NCBI GenBank assembly: GCA_951406725.2
Contig: OX597818.1
Location: 42,470,001 to 42,534,000 of the forward strand
DNA: 64,000 nucleotides
From: Octopus vulgaris
Taxonomy: Eukaryota
Direction of reading: 5' to 3'
Numbering within the stretch: the stretch's first letter is position 1; each line of letters begins with the position of its first letter. The position numbers and the translations under genes were made by a program. The notes beneath the pieces are model-generated. The model saw only the letters and a program-made list of their open reading frames with translations, did not search any database and was not told where the DNA came from. Shown one piece after another: positions 15,951-29,223 of the stretch.

Positions 15951-16359
15951 GTTTTGCATGCAACTTCATAGCATGGATTGAATGCCTTCATAAGGCTGTC
16001 AGCACCAGAAAGACTTTTCTTCAGGGCTAAACTATCTCCTCAGTCTGGTATCAGTTTTCCTTTGGAGTTACTGCTCTCCTAGAAAGACTATCTTTGTTTT
16101 GTATTCATGGATATCAAAATGATATCATAGGGAAGACAGAGGTTGTCTCCTAGAACTAAAGTGTTTACCCTGCTTTGTATCAAATATGAAGCTTCATGAT
16201 GTATTGGTTAGATGCAGGATTTTAGAAGTTAAAACTCGATGCTTTTGTTGAAGACACTATCTTTTCAAATTGCATTTTCTGACTTCAGGATTGATCTTCC
16301 AGAACAAAATTTACTCCAATTTCTTGGCTGCAGTCTGCTGTTTGGTAAAGAATGGAACC

Positions 16360-16874
16360 CAGCTAAGGAGCAAGAGACATCTGAGAATCTTGATAGATGG
16401 TGACACTGGATAGATATGATATTTTTACACCTTTTTACCATAAAGGAAAATTTTCTCCATGGTAACTGCACTGAATTTGTCTTTAAGCAGTTGAAATGTT
16501 ATGAACATATTTTAACTAATCTAAACTTTGCTTACGCCTAAACACTGTTTTGCGCTAATATTACGTGATTCCCATGATCTGGAAATTTACAGGCACAAAT
16601 CAGTCAATGTTGTTGACTGCATTTTAGCTAAAGCTATAGCTTTAATAAGGTCTGTCCAGAGTTACCTCTCTTAGGTATTTCCCATTGATAACAGCTAAGG
16701 AGCTAGAAACACTGGTGTCTGGGAATCCTGATAGATGACATCACTGGGCAGATATGGTATTTTTACAATATTTTATCATAAGAGAACATTTTCTCCATGG
16801 TAACTGCAGTGAATTTTCCTTTTAGCAGTTGAAATATGCCACAAATATATTTCAACTAACCTAAACTTTGCTTA
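16360..16874. repeat. Diverged direct repeat (~175 bp at 16360-16534 and 16693-16874)
   Basis: Both run cagctaaggagc...ttttctccatggtaactgca...ctaaactttgctta. Confidence 0.8.
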
Positions 16875-17048
16875 TATATATATATATTTATGTAAAATAT
16901 AAATTAGAGATAAAACCACTATTATGCAACTCAAACGGTGATAGACATAAACCAAAACATAAATAACAAATAATATATATTTTTATAAAACATATAACTA
17001 GATCTCAAAAAGCATAAAAATGAATGATCAATATATAATAAGTAAAAA

Positions 17049-17082
<34 letters not shown>

Positions 17083-17084
17083 TA

Positions 17085-17330
17085 ACACAAATTAAGTTAA
17101 GGATTATGGGTGCAACCCACTAAGGGATAGTATTTATCCAATATACTGTTGGTAAAGTACCCAAATTCTTAATACATAAATGTTTTTAATTGCAATGCAA
17201 TTAACTTATTTATTGTATTAAACGGGTGAAGGTAAAAAAATATTTTACCTTTAATTTATAATACAAATAAGAAAATGGAGAAACAATTTAGTTTGTTCAT
17301 CAACTTTCGGATATTAGAATGTTGAATTAT
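17085..17330 (+). repeat. Repeat family D copy
   Basis: Reverse complement similar to 45000-45240 and 2520-2720. Confidence 0.75.
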
Positions 17331-17677
17331 TTATTCATTTAATAAAATGAGAACATTAATAGCATACATATATATCTTATAATTCAATGCTTATAAGGAT
17401 AAGAATACAAATTATAAAAATCACAATATAAATTATTGAAATCATTAAAATCACTCCATATATATATATATATATGAGAGGTTTTGGTACCCAGAAGACC
17501 CAAGATGGCAGGTAAGGCTATGTAAGTGCTATGGAAAAACTAGCTGGACGTCTGGTTTGATAATAGTATGAGTGAGGAGTCTGATTCAGGTCAAGTATAA
17601 GCATGTATATGTTGAATAAGATGAGGCAACAAAGGCAAGGCTGTGTGAAATTTCCCTCTATTTAACTCTTTCATATC

Positions 17678-17725
17678 ATCTCTGATGAAGGGATAGCTCT
17701 CATATCCTTGAAACAGCTGTAAGGC
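17678..17725 (+). ncRNA. Minimal type I hammerhead ribozyme
   Basis: TCT-CTGATGA-AGGGATA gctctca TATCCTT-GAA-ACAGCTGT-A-AGG: 7-bp stem II, palindromic stem III, GUA triplet; stem I is short. Confidence 0.75.
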
Positions 17726-17804
17726 TACCTTTCTCTTTATAAATGTCCTAGAAGTTTAACACTGACTTGGACTTGTCTTATTTTATTTAAAATATATATA
17801 TAAA

Positions 17805-18101
17805 TATCACCGTGATCACCGTGACCAACCTGGCTATCAGGTGTTGGTACACATCACTGGTCACAATGTGCTTCGCATTGTTTTAGCCTTCACTGGCTAA
17901 GCGAGCAGGCCAACAGAAGAAAGAGTGAGAGAAAGTTGTGGTGAAAGAGTACAACAGGGATAGCCACCACCCCCTGCTGGAGCCTCGTGGAGCTTTAGGT
18001 GTTTTCGCTCAATAAACACTCACAACGCCCGGTCTGGGAATCAAAACCACGATCCTACAACTGCGAGTCTGCTGTCCTAACCACTGGGCCATTGTGCCTT
18101 C

Positions 18102-18105
<4 letters not shown>
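17805..18105 (-). mobile_element. tRNA-derived SINE family B with an alternative 3' end
   Basis: Head matches 38315-38500; the 3' part (17805-17915) differs. Confidence 0.8.
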
Positions 18106-18148
<43 letters not shown>

Positions 18149-18168
18149 GTGTGTGTGTGTGTGTGTAG

Positions 18169-18212
<44 letters not shown>

Positions 18213-18899
18213 ACACACACAGAGAAAGATAAAGAATATATATTATTGTCATTACAAGTAGACAATCACTATAGTGCTGTGCTTCTATTAGAATATATAA
18301 GCATGATAAGCACCATTATGAAGGGAGCCACTTTCATGGATGAGTGACCAAGTGAACCATTCCATTTAGCTGCATAGAAAAACAAAACAGAGATGTAACA
18401 TTATGATGATGATGATGATGACAACGACGACAATAATCACAATGATGACGATGACAGTGATGACGATGATGACAGTGATGATGATGATGATGGAAATGAT
18501 GATGATGGGGATGATGATAACGACAAGTATAATGATTATGGAATGAATATTTTTTCCATATATAGACAAATGTTAATTCACAAACAAACAAACAAACAAA
18601 CAAAAAAGCATCTTTTTTAAAAGTTTTATCACATTATTTCACACCAAACAGAACAAAATTCAAGTGGGAAACAGTAAAGACGATATGACGCAAAAATGTA
18701 CACCATTTGACCTTCGCTCAAGTAAATAAGCCATTATTCAAATGAACTTCCAATGATTGATGATAACAGTTGGACTTTAACAATACAAAAATTTCAACAA
18801 ATATGTTTTTTTTAATCAGGTTTTAAAACGCTATATTTATTTATTTTTTATTTATTTATTTATTTATTTATTTATTCTAAAGACAGCTCCATCAAAGGA

Positions 18900-19030
18900 A
18901 CAATGATTGGCAGCTAACCTCACCAAGGTGTCAGGTGTCTGTGAGGGTGCTTAGCTTTCCCGACACCTTAGCCTTGCCATCACCTATGGTAATGCTGCAA
19001 GCATGCTGGCTTGCTTCAGTAAGTTCCGTT
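18900..19030 (+). mobile_element. Possible CRE/RLE-type LINE C-terminal fragment
   Basis: Encodes HLSLAITYGNAASMLA, similar to the LSxAIxRGNA terminal motif. Confidence 0.45.
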
Positions 19031-19378
19031 GAACCTTGTGGTGTGTGACCAGTGGAAGCACTTGAAAGGATTTGGTAATCCAGACAATCACTTTTTATTT
19101 CATTATATAAATATTGAGAATATAATAAAGAACAAGATGAGGAAGCTTATGATGATAGTGCAAAACAGTGTCAAATCTTTACTCTTGTTGCTTTTTCAGT
19201 GTTTTACTGTTGTAGGATTGTGATCAAAGTATTGAAAGCAAAGGATTTGGTAATCCAGTGGAAGTATTTGATGCTGCATTAGTTTTTTTTTATTATTTAT
19301 TATTTTTAGGACAAATGTATTCAACAGAAATGATACACTAATAAGTTGGAGCTTCAGAATAAGTTTTACTTGATCATA

Positions 19379-19572
19379 GGCATAGGAGTGGCTGTGCGGT
19401 AAGTAGCTTGCTTACCAACCATATGGTTCTGGGTTCAGTCCCCCTGTGTAGCACCTTGGACAAGTGTCTTCTACTATAGCCTTGGGCCGACCAAAGACTT
19501 GTGAGTGGATTTGGTAGACGGAAACTGAAAGAAGCCCGTCATATATATGTATACATATATGTGTGTGTATAT

Positions 19573-19635
<63 letters not shown>

Positions 19636-19860
19636 CTTGTGTGCATACATTTGTGTGTCTGTGTTTGTCCCCCCAACATTGCTTGACAACCAATGCTGGT
19701 GTGTTACATCTCCGTAACTTAGTGGTTCGGCAAAAGGGACTAATAAAATAAGTACTAGGCTTAGAAGGAATAAGTCCTGGAGTCGATTTGCTCGACTAAA
19801 AAGGTGCTGCTCCAGCATGGCCACAGTCAAATGACTGAAACAAGTAAAAGAGTAAAGAGA
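19379..19860 (+). mobile_element. SINE family A, full length, with internal (TA)n
   Basis: tRNA-like head, internal microsatellite, tail gactgaaacaagtaaaagagtaaag. Confidence 0.9.
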
Positions 19861-20296
19861 GAGTATACCTTATTTTCTGTGTCATTAAGCAAAGATGTAT
19901 CTGATAAAAAAAATTCCCCACAAATGGTTTCAATATAGTTTTAGCAGAAAGATTTGGAAGAATTAGAAGAAAGTTTTCCTTTCCACAAACTGCATGACAC
20001 AAGTGAGGTTGGAAGAAAGATAAAAGAAAAACAGTTTATTAAAATGTTCAAACCTGTTCTGAATGGAAATAACAACAAAAATATAACAATCAATTAATGA
20101 TATGGTTTAAAAAAATATCTTTCACATATGAATATAAACAAATTACAGAAGACTCCACTAAATGAAATAGAAATGATTGAAACCAACTAAGTTTGCTCAC
20201 TCATAAAACCAATTACAGGTAAACCGCAAGGTAATTGGTTAAAATAAAGACGGAATTTATGCCAGTAATATTGGTACACCTGGCAAACTGTGAGGT

Positions 20297-20356
20297 TTAA
20301 ACTGCAAGCAGATTGGTCAAAACTGCATTGCAAAAATTCAGCTTGTTTGGAGCCTT
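20297..20356 (-). CDS. Putative terminal exon (KAPNKLNFCNAVLTNLLAV*) of an unidentified minus-strand gene
   Basis: Acceptor tttttgtacctcttag; phase 0 fits exon 22540-22642; no homology recognised. Confidence 0.25.
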   Translation of the reverse strand, partial: KAPNKLNFCNAVLTNLLAV

Positions 20357-20638
20357 CTAAGAGGTACAAAAATGAAGAAGTCAATAATTTTACTACAGTT
20401 GTCAAGAAGTCAACTGTCAGTTAAATACATTTTGAAATCTGATGATTACTACGAACATATGCAAGTGCTAACTGAACTTTATGAATGTTACAAAATAATT
20501 TTTTAATGCTTAGTACACTTCAACATTGTAAAAAAAATTTATATTTTTGTAAAATACCACAATGAAAAATATGAAAACCAGAGCATGTTTTAACTTTACT
20601 CAAATCATATATTATTCTATATACATTTACACAAATTT

Positions 20639-20639
<1 letters not shown>

Positions 20640-20681
<42 letters not shown>

Positions 20682-20794
20682 CATATATATATACTTATAT
20701 ATACATGTATATATATATATATATATATGTATGTATATATGTATGTATATATATATATATACATATGTATATATGTATGTATGTATATATATAC

Positions 20795-20852
<58 letters not shown>

Positions 20853-21000
20853 ATATATATATGTATGTATGTATATATATATGTATGTATGTATATATAT
20901 ATGTATGTATGTATATATATATGTATGTATGTATATATATATGTATGTATGTATATATATATGTATATATATATGTATATATATATATATACATACATAC

Positions 21001-21053
<53 letters not shown>

Positions 21054-21070
21054 TGTGTGTTTGTGTGTGT
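20640..21070. repeat. (TA)n/(TATG)n/(TG)n compound microsatellite
   Basis: Direct reading. Confidence 0.95.
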
Positions 21071-21142
21071 GTATTTTTTCTTTTTGGTGTTTCAGCTCAG
21101 AGCTGTTGCCATGCTGGGGCACCACCATTTTCCTGCACTGTT

Positions 21143-21962
21143 ATTACTGAGAGCCTCTTCTAATATGTGGCACCTGGAGAAGAATGGAGTTTGATGTCAT
21201 TACCCTCATTTGCACCTCTTGCCATGAGGTAGGTTCATCTGGGACTCTCGACAGGAAAAAGTTCAGTTTTGATTTGAAAACGCCTACATCCACTTTGTGT
21301 TGATCCCTCAGGCTCTTTGGAATAATATTAAAAAGCTGTGGGCCCCTGAAACCCAGGCTGTTGCAGTAACTGGTCCTAAAGTACGATGGCATTGGTGGGA
21401 TCTTTGGCACTATGCAGTGTCGACCCATTCTGGCATTGGTGTAGCTTTCAATGCCAAAATTTGGCACAATTCCTTCCAGGATCTTCCAGATGTATATTAC
21501 TGCATACCTCTCCCGCCTTCACTCCTGAGAGTAGGGTCTTTGCTGTTTCAGCCTTTCCCAGTAGTTGAGCTGTTGCAAAGAGACGATCTTCTTTGCGAAG
21601 CTTTGCTGGATTGCTTCAAGGTCTGCTGTTAATGTTACACTGTTAGGTGACCATAGCTGGGAGCAGTAATCCAGGCAGCTTAGGACAAATATCCTCCAGA
21701 GGACCATCATGGTTTCCTTTTCTCTGGTTCTGAACGTTCTCAGGATCCATCCAGCCAGTTGTCTACACTTTGTCGCCATCCTGGTAATGTGCACTTGGAA
21801 AGAAGTATCATCACACAGATCGATACCCAAGTCCCTCACTGATTTAGGCTCTGGGATAGTAATCCCCTGTGGACCAGTGTACCCTGTAAATTTTATATTC
21901 AGTTTTGGGTGCTGGTAGCACAGGGCTTAGAATTTTTCAGCATTAAGCTGCATATTATTATC
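21143..21962 (-). mobile_element. CR1-like LINE ORF2 3' fragment (frameshifted)
   Basis: RDLGI...AGWILRTFRTR...LDYCSQLWSP...LNYWERLK; SLGFRGPQLFNIIP. Confidence 0.85.
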
Positions 21963-22014
21963 CTCAGTGTATCTGTAAATTGAGTCCAACTCCTGCTGCA
22001 GGTGTGCAATATTG

Positions 22015-22450
22015 CCAGGGTTCTGCAGTTTCACTGCCATGTAGCATGGCTGTTTGTACACATGCATCATACAGTTTGCCTTTTACTCTGAGCGAGAGGC
22101 CTTTTGTCACCAGCAGAGGTAAGAGCTCTCTGAACTTTGACCTGGCTATTCTTATTCTAGCAGTTACACTTTCAGCACACCTGCCCCTGCTACTGACTTG
22201 GTCACCTAGGTAACGGAAGCTATCAACTACTTCTAGTTTTTCTCCCTGGAATGTGGTGGAAGTTGTTCTCTGCACATTTTCAGTGTTTATTACTCCTGAG
22301 CATCTGCCACAAACAAAAGCTATCTTCCTAGTTAGCCTTCCTTTGACATTGCTGCACCTCTTATGTGTCCACAGCTTACACTGGATACATCTTATAGAGT
22401 TTCTACCTACACCTTTTCAATAGATCGAGCAGAGACATCTACCTGAAGTA
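22015..22450 (-). mobile_element. RTE LINE fragment with PHD-like Cys cluster
   Basis: LEVVDSFRYLGD...VTARIRIA...LYDACVQTAMLHGSET, preceded by CSI..GVGRNSIRCIQCKLWTHKRC...CGRC. Confidence 0.85.
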
Positions 22451-22539
22451 CCCCTTTGAAATTTTCTCCCTGCTCCTATTCTGCCTGCAAGTATCTGTTT
22501 GCAGCTATTCAAGAGAGATATTAACTTCTTGATTCCCAC

Positions 22540-22642
22540 CTGTATTAGAGAGTCTGTGATGACCAAGGAAACAATCCCTAGGACAACAATACATTCATAT
22601 TGATTTATCCTTTTGATAAGCTCAGTTATATAATCTGTTATT
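22540..22642 (-). CDS. Putative internal exon (ITDYITELIKRINQYECIVVLGIVSLVITDSLIQ)
   Basis: Bounded by cattcag and gtggga, open frame, unique sequence; phase matches exon 49492-49605. Confidence 0.4.
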
Positions 22643-23076
22643 CTGAATGATTTTAAATGTAAACAATCAATAAATAAGATAAACACTTAAAAAATACAAA
22701 CATGAAACTAAAACGATAAAAGTTAATCAATAACAGTATTTATTATAAAACTGGTACATAAAAACAAAATCCGTACACATTAAAAACTGTAACACTTTGC
22801 TGTTTTAAGTGAGAGAAAAACTAATACTACTACAATCCAATAATATGTTGGGCTGAATCTAGATTAATAAGTTTTTCATTGTTTACCAAACTCTAATATT
22901 TTATCACTGAGCGTACATATAAAAGAAAATATTCTAATTGTTTGGAAAACCTTTCATCAAAAATAATGAAACAAGCTTTAAATTTTCCTCTAATGAAGCA
23001 AGTTTTGTTTGCCTCTTTTGAATAATGAGGTTCAAAATGCATTGGGCTGTGGGAACATCATAGAAGACACTGTCCT

Positions 23077-24024
23077 CATAAAGTGGTAGCAAAAAGTTCC
23101 CTAATAAAAAATGACTTATTTACCAAAGTTTTAACATCATCTCCTTCGAAATAGTCACCTTGCCCAGTAATACACTGGTCCCAGCATTCCTGCCACTTTT
23201 AGAATCTGGTCTGGAAGTTGTTTTCTGTAATCGAGTCGAGGGTCTTCTGTGATTTGCTCTTGATCTTGACAATAGTGTTAACACAGCAATCTTTGAGCCC
23301 ATTTTCTTCTTGGGGCAGCGATGGAAGTTTGCAGGTGCTAAATCTGGTTAAAATGGCAGATTTGGAAGTGATACCATGTTGCCTCTGGCAACTCACAAAT
23401 GAGAAGAGTTCAGTGACAGGATGCATTGTCGTTGTGAAGAATCCAATTCTTCGCACTCCACAGATCTGGTTGCTTTCACCAAATGTCCTTCCTCAAACAC
23501 TTCAAACCTTCGCAGCAGAACTCTCAATTGACAGTCTGGCCCTGGAAGATGAATTCTTAATGCACAGTACCACAGCTGTTGAAAACAACAATGTGCATGC
23601 TCTTGATTGAGCTGTGGCTCTGTCATACCTTTGTAGAGACGACCGTATGTAAAGGAGATGGTGACAGAAATGTCCGAGGTACACTACATCTTCTTCAGTC
23701 ATGGAGGAGAAGGTTTCATCTCTGCTGCTTCATCTCATTTACATGTAGACCCAACTCTCATCACTGGTGATGACTTCCAAAGTTTAATGCAAAATTTCAC
23801 ATTGGCACTTTATTCCAACTTCATGTCCATAACAAACGTCACAGACAACAGCATACATGTAGTCAAAACACAAATTTCACAACTTCTGAAGTAAATACAG
23901 TGATGTCACTTGGAACACTGCCTCATGAAGGTCACTGCTGGCTCTCACTATGCACGCAACCATGTGTTGCTATCTATTGGCACTGTACAGAATTAGTCCG
24001 GGAACTTTTTGATACCACCTTGTA
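23077..24024 (-). mobile_element. Internally deleted mariner (Tc1/mariner) transposon
   Basis: TIR-like ends aagtggtagcaaaaagttccc and gggaactttttgataccacct; frameshifted transposase motifs (GQTVN, WILHNDNA). Confidence 0.85.
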
Positions 24025-24734
24025 ATGTATGCAAGAAAAAATCTCATAATAAATTTCATCTCTCTATGAACTACACTGACACGTAACATTTAAACCCTGT
24101 AAAGTAATAAAAAAAAAGCATCGTCAATTTACAGTGCTCTTGATACTTATAGCAATGAGCCCTGTTGATGGAAAACTGACACTTAACCCTTTAACCCAGT
24201 GATACTCAATCATTTTTTGCCTTTGATTCTTATTATACTCTACTGGATCCTTATAACCGTTCAGTCATTTAAAAAAATCCTATTATACTTTTATAATTAA
24301 ATACACTGAACTACAAAAGAAATGCAATTTTTCAAATGTCATTTTTATATGGTGAATTCTGAAAATTTATTTCATAGATGTAAGTGTAAATATTTCAAAA
24401 CATGGTGGTTTATGGCAGAGACCCAAATTGCAGGTAACCTTTCAATTGCAAGTAACCTATTGCCTGCAACAGTGATACAACACCAACAGTACTGCAGACT
24501 GTGCTCACAGAGGGCGTCCCTGGGTGACCAAACCCAAGCAGGACCACTTCATCCACATGTAATACCTCTGTGATTGCTTCATACCGGCCAGAGTGACATC
24601 TCATGAGACCATTGGTACTGGACAGTGACCCATCAGAAATGACACAGTACGATACCAACTGGCCACAACAACCTGCATTGCCATTGTCCTGCTTGAGGGC
24701 CTGTCCTCACTACCAACCACCATGAGGCATGACT

Positions 24735-24890
24735 GCTGGGTGTTCTGGTGTTAGGAAGGGCATCCACCCATAAAAACCAAGCCAACACAGACACAGTAGC
24801 TTGGGTTAGTCTTCTACCTGGCCAGCCCCTGTCGGCTGTCCCACCTAAGCATGCATGGAAGATGGATGTTAAACGATGGTGATGATGATA
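24735..24890 (+). mobile_element. RTE 3' UTR-derived repeat
   Basis: ttaggaagggcatcca...gcatggaagatggatgttaaac(gat)n. Confidence 0.7.
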
Positions 24891-24918
24891 CATTTACGTG
24901 TGTGTATGTATATATGTA

Positions 24919-24970
<52 letters not shown>

Positions 24971-24982
24971 CATATATTTTTG

Positions 24983-25018
<36 letters not shown>

Positions 25019-25029
25019 ACAAATATATA

Positions 25030-25582
25030 TGAGCAAAACGTCCCCCGTCCAATGGACAGCGCTGAGTTGTCAAACAATTAAACCAAATTTTCTCAAAACA
25101 CTTGTCTGACCATCCCATAGGCCTCCCCTTTGAGAAACACCGATTTAACCTAAATTTGAGACCCCAGCAAAAGAAGAAATAAAGATAGGCTCTTTTCTAT
25201 TCCAAAGAAAAACGATTTTATTCACACAAATATGCAGCTGAAGAGTTTAAAGTATCAGTAATAATAAGGCTGTTGACTGGGAGAACACAAACATGGTTTA
25301 AATAGTAAGCTTGGCAGGAAAGAAACGTGCCTTTAAGCAGTACAAAAACAACAAAAAATGCAAAGTGCAGTTATGTACAGGTTGATGGAAGAAAAGCAGG
25401 ACCAAAACGGCTTTATCGATTGCATTCTCACCTGGAATCGATTTTTGTAATATTTTCAAGACTTATACACGCCCTGATACCATTGGTATCTACATATCAA
25501 ATTTGAGTGCAGTCGAATGGAGGATGCCTGAAATCCTAGAAGACACACAGACAGACAGACAGAATGGATTTTATATAATAGA
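25030..25582 (-). mobile_element. Non-autonomous Helitron-like element (copy of 40591-41145)
   Basis: Reverse complement of 40591-41145; 5' TCTATTATATAAA; A|T target. Confidence 0.75.
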
Positions 25583-26136
25583 TATTCCTCCCCTCCTTTA
25601 TTACATGATTACTGTCTGGTGTATGCATTGTTGTTCTTTTTCAACTGACTGCCTTTGAGGTCAGTTGCATCTGTTCTGTCTCGCCACCTGGTCAGTTAAG
25701 ATTTTTTCCATTTCCCTTTTCCTTGTTCTAGTTTACTACACTATCTGCTAGTCAAAAGACTGTTTGTTTTGTTTTATTTTTGTTGTATAGCCAAAAGGCT
25801 TTTGTCCATTGTATATGTATAATTCTATTTCTTATGTTATGTTCGACCGATAGTCGAAAGACCATTTCTGTTTATTTCCTTGTGTTTGTATATGTACATT
25901 CATTTGCCTTTCTCAGGGGCTCAATGCCTTCAGCTTAAGCCCTTGGACCAACTGGTTTCGAGTAATATCGGAAAGGATTGGGAGAAACTACATAGACATT
26001 CCAGACTCTGACTGAAGAAGCAATTGGCTGTGAATGATCAGTGTATCTTGTTGTGACCTGTTTGCCATTGTTGTGCTACCATACTTTTCCTGCTTGTTAT
26101 GTTTTGATGATTTCCCTTTGTTGTTTTTTACCTTTG

Positions 26137-26180
<44 letters not shown>

Positions 26181-26182
<2 letters not shown>

Positions 26183-26518
26183 TAGTTATCTATATGTCAA
26201 GGAAAAGATGCACTTGTATATCTGTCAGTAGAGAGGGTATGTTATCCAAAATGTATAGTATTAAATATCCATCACGGCTGATCTTACCAATCGGTTTCGC
26301 ATAAAGAATAGAATGGAGTGTTAGGTAACAAACTGATTCTATAATTTATACTCATCAGAGCTAGCCGATATGGAAGCGATCCCTTCACTATATTTGCTAA
26401 CTCTGATGAGCGTAAATTATATAATCAGTTCATTACCTAACACACCATTATATTCTTTATATGAAACCAATTGATAAGATCAGCTGTGATTGGTATTTAA
26501 TACTATACATTTTGGATA

Positions 26519-26519
<1 letters not shown>
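26181..26519. mobile_element. Non-coding head-to-head double-hammerhead element in (TG)n
   Basis: Arms 26242-26366 and 26395-26519 are inverted; each carries CTGATGA...GAAAC; a second copy lies at 33355-33686. Confidence 0.85.
26276..26366 (-). ncRNA. Type I hammerhead with extended stem II
   Basis: GGCTagCT-CTGATGA-GTATAAA tt ATAGAAT...ATTCTAT tc TTTATGC-GAA-ACC gatt GGT-A-AGatcAGCC. Confidence 0.8.
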
Positions 26520-26560
<41 letters not shown>

Positions 26561-26569
26561 CCGTATGAG

Positions 26570-26872
26570 TTAGAGGTTAAGAAGCCATCTAAGGGATATT
26601 AAATATCCAATATACTAGTGATTGTTTACCTACATATTCATAACCAGGTGTTTACTATTGCATGGCAATATTGCAATTGAATACTAGGTATAGGTGGGGG
26701 TAAATTAGACATTTACCCAGGATTTATAAGGCCATGAAGAAAGTGGAGAGGATATACAATTGACAAACATCAGCCAGTAACCATTCAGTTATATCTATTT
26801 ATTAATTGATTACAAACATATGTGTAAGAGATACAAGTAAATGAATGAAAGAAGCCAATAAGTAAGTAAACA

Positions 26873-26915
<43 letters not shown>

Positions 26916-26943
26916 TTATATGTATGTATGTATGTATGTATGC

Positions 26944-26979
<36 letters not shown>

Positions 26980-27200
26980 GAATAATAATAGATGAGTGTA
27001 CAGAGACTGATCTCTACACTCAGCTATTATTATCCATTTATTTCTATACATATATCTGTTTACGTACTTATTAGTTTATTTCATTTGTTTACTTGTATCA
27101 CTTACACATATGTTTCTATTCAATTAATAAATAGATATAATTCAATGTTTACTGGTTGATGTTTGTCGATTGTATATCCCACGCATTTTCTTAATTGCCT
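26570..27200. repeat. Repeat family D-related element with internal inverted repeat (26735-26870 / 27060-27200)
   Basis: ggatatacaattgacaaacatcagccagtaa pairs with ttactggttgatgtttgtcgattgtatatcc. Confidence 0.7.
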
Positions 27201-27227
27201 CATATGTATATATATATATATATATAA

Positions 27228-28180
27228 CGGGAAGCTTTATGAAAATAGACAAAAGACGAAGGCAGGTGGAATACAAACAAATAATTGTATTAGTATGGCG
27301 CTCAGGAAATATAAATAAAACAAGTCTTTAACGTTTCGAGCCTATGCTTTTCAACAGAAAGATACACAGAGAAAAAACACAGAAAGAAGGAGAGAAAAAA
27401 AAATTTTGCGTGCAGAAGCTGACGAATCAACATGGCGATCTGATTTCGGCCAGAAGTCAAAGATCAAACATGAGACGCAAGAGCGAAATTAGGGGAGATA
27501 ATGGGGTTGAATGACCTAACTCCAACATAAGAGTGTGTGTGTGTGTATGAGAAGAGTGTGTGTGTGTGTGTGTATGAGAGAGTGTGTGTGTGTGTATGAG
27601 AGGTCTGGACGTGTGTATGTATATATGATGTGATGTGTAAAGTCGTATGGTGTAGTGTAGAGAGAGGAGGGGGGAGGGGGAGAAGGAAAGGGGGGAAGAG
27701 GGGAGAAGGAAAGGGGAGAAGAGGAGGGGGAGAAGGAAGGAGAGGAGGGGAGGGGAGAGGAGGAGGGAGGAAAGAGGGAGAGGGGGAGAGAGAGAAGGGG
27801 AGTGAGGGAGCAGAGGGATGGGGAAGAGGGAAGAAGGAGGGAGGGAGAAAGAGGGAAGGAGAAAGAGGGAAGGAGAAAGAGGGAAGAAGGGAAGAGGAGT
27901 AGGGGTGAAAGGATGAAGGACTGAAGAGAAGTAGGGGTCGGGGGGAGGTTAGATGAGGAGGGGGAGGGGGTTTAGATGAGGAGGGGGAGAGTTGAGACCA
28001 AATGGCGTATAAGAGCGAAGAGAGAAGATTAATTCCTGTTCACGGCGCAAACGGGAATCCGGATGGCCTCTGTGTAAGGACAAACCGAACACAGACAGGT
28101 GTTGCAAGGAGTGACCGGTGGAGCGGAAATGGCGTGAGACCGGTGTGTCGTTCGCAAGGCAGATGTCACGAAGGTGTTCT
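27228..28180 (-). mobile_element. 5'-truncated PLE: GIY-YIG C-terminus, low-complexity 3' UTR and HHR-like motif (27325-27362)
   Basis: SEHLRDI...[13 protein letters not shown]...[21 protein letters not shown] is a typical PLE GIY-YIG end; both ends lie in (TA)n. Confidence 0.85.
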
Positions 28181-28251
28181 GATATATGTGTGTGTGCATA
28201 TATATATGTGTGTCTGTATATATATATATGTATACATATACATATATATAT

Positions 28252-28298
<47 letters not shown>

Positions 28299-28877
28299 CA
28301 CACACATATATATTTATATATATGTATGTATGTCTCTGTGTGTGTATATATATACATGTATACATATATACTCACATATATACATATATGCAAAAACATA
28401 CATACACACACATACAGTACATGTGTGTGTGAGTGTGTTTGTGTGTGTGTGTCTTTGTGTTTGTGGTGTGTTTGTCTCTCTTGACTGTTTGATAACTGGT
28501 GCTGGTTTGCTTATGTCCTTGTAACATGGTGGTTTAAACAAAAAAACAAAATCAGATCATGCCCCAGCATGATCACAGTCCAATAACTAAAACAAATAAA
28601 ACGTAAAAGGAAACATTCTACAAACTTGTTAAGTGAGTAATAATACATCTAAATCTAAATTTTTATCAAGATACTGCTTTCAACAAACATCATGTACCTT
28701 TCAAGAACCATTTTAAAAACACTAGAAATGTCAAAATTATTTTTCCTACTTCTTGAGATAAAATATTGCATTATGTGTAACTTTCAGTTATCTGGTGTTC
28801 TTTAACCAGTTTAACTGGTTAATGCACTTAGTGTTTGTGAACCAAAAGTTTGTATAAATATGTATGTATGTATGTAT

Positions 28878-29210
28878 GGACTCATGAGTCATCTTTGTAG
28901 TCATAAAACGAGACAGATGAGTGACAACCTGGCCACTGATGGTGGTGTAACACACCATACTAATCATATCTGTCGGGCATGTGGAAGAGAGTGTAATTCG
29001 GCAGGAGGACTTAAACGACATGCAAAGGTACATGAAGCCCAGTTGCAACTACAGCTGGCTATTACCAGTAAAGGTTCCAGTTGCCAATTTTGTACAAGAC
29101 ATTGTAGATCTTTAGCTGGGCTAAAAAGTCACATTCGATCACAGCACCAGTAACAGTTAAGCTTCGTGCAATGGCCATACTCGATAACGAGGGAGCAGCC
29201 ATAATAATAA
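28878..29210 (+). mobile_element. RTE LINE 3' end with C2H2-like fingers and (ATA)n tail
   Basis: CRACGRECNSAGGLKRH / CQFCTRHCRSLAGLKSH*, then a short UTR and ataataataat. Confidence 0.7.
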
Positions 29211-29223
29211 TGTATGTATGTAT

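Noticed and set aside
26009-26045. CTGAAGA-AGC..GCT hammerhead candidate
   Set aside because: No GAAA or stem III in register.
27630-27960. Gly/Arg/Glu-rich ORF
   Set aside because: Low-complexity purine tract in the PLE 3' UTR.
28860-29153. C2H2 zinc-finger host gene
   Set aside because: No TGEKP linkers, starts in a microsatellite and ends with an RTE-type UTR and tail; it is a LINE 3' end.
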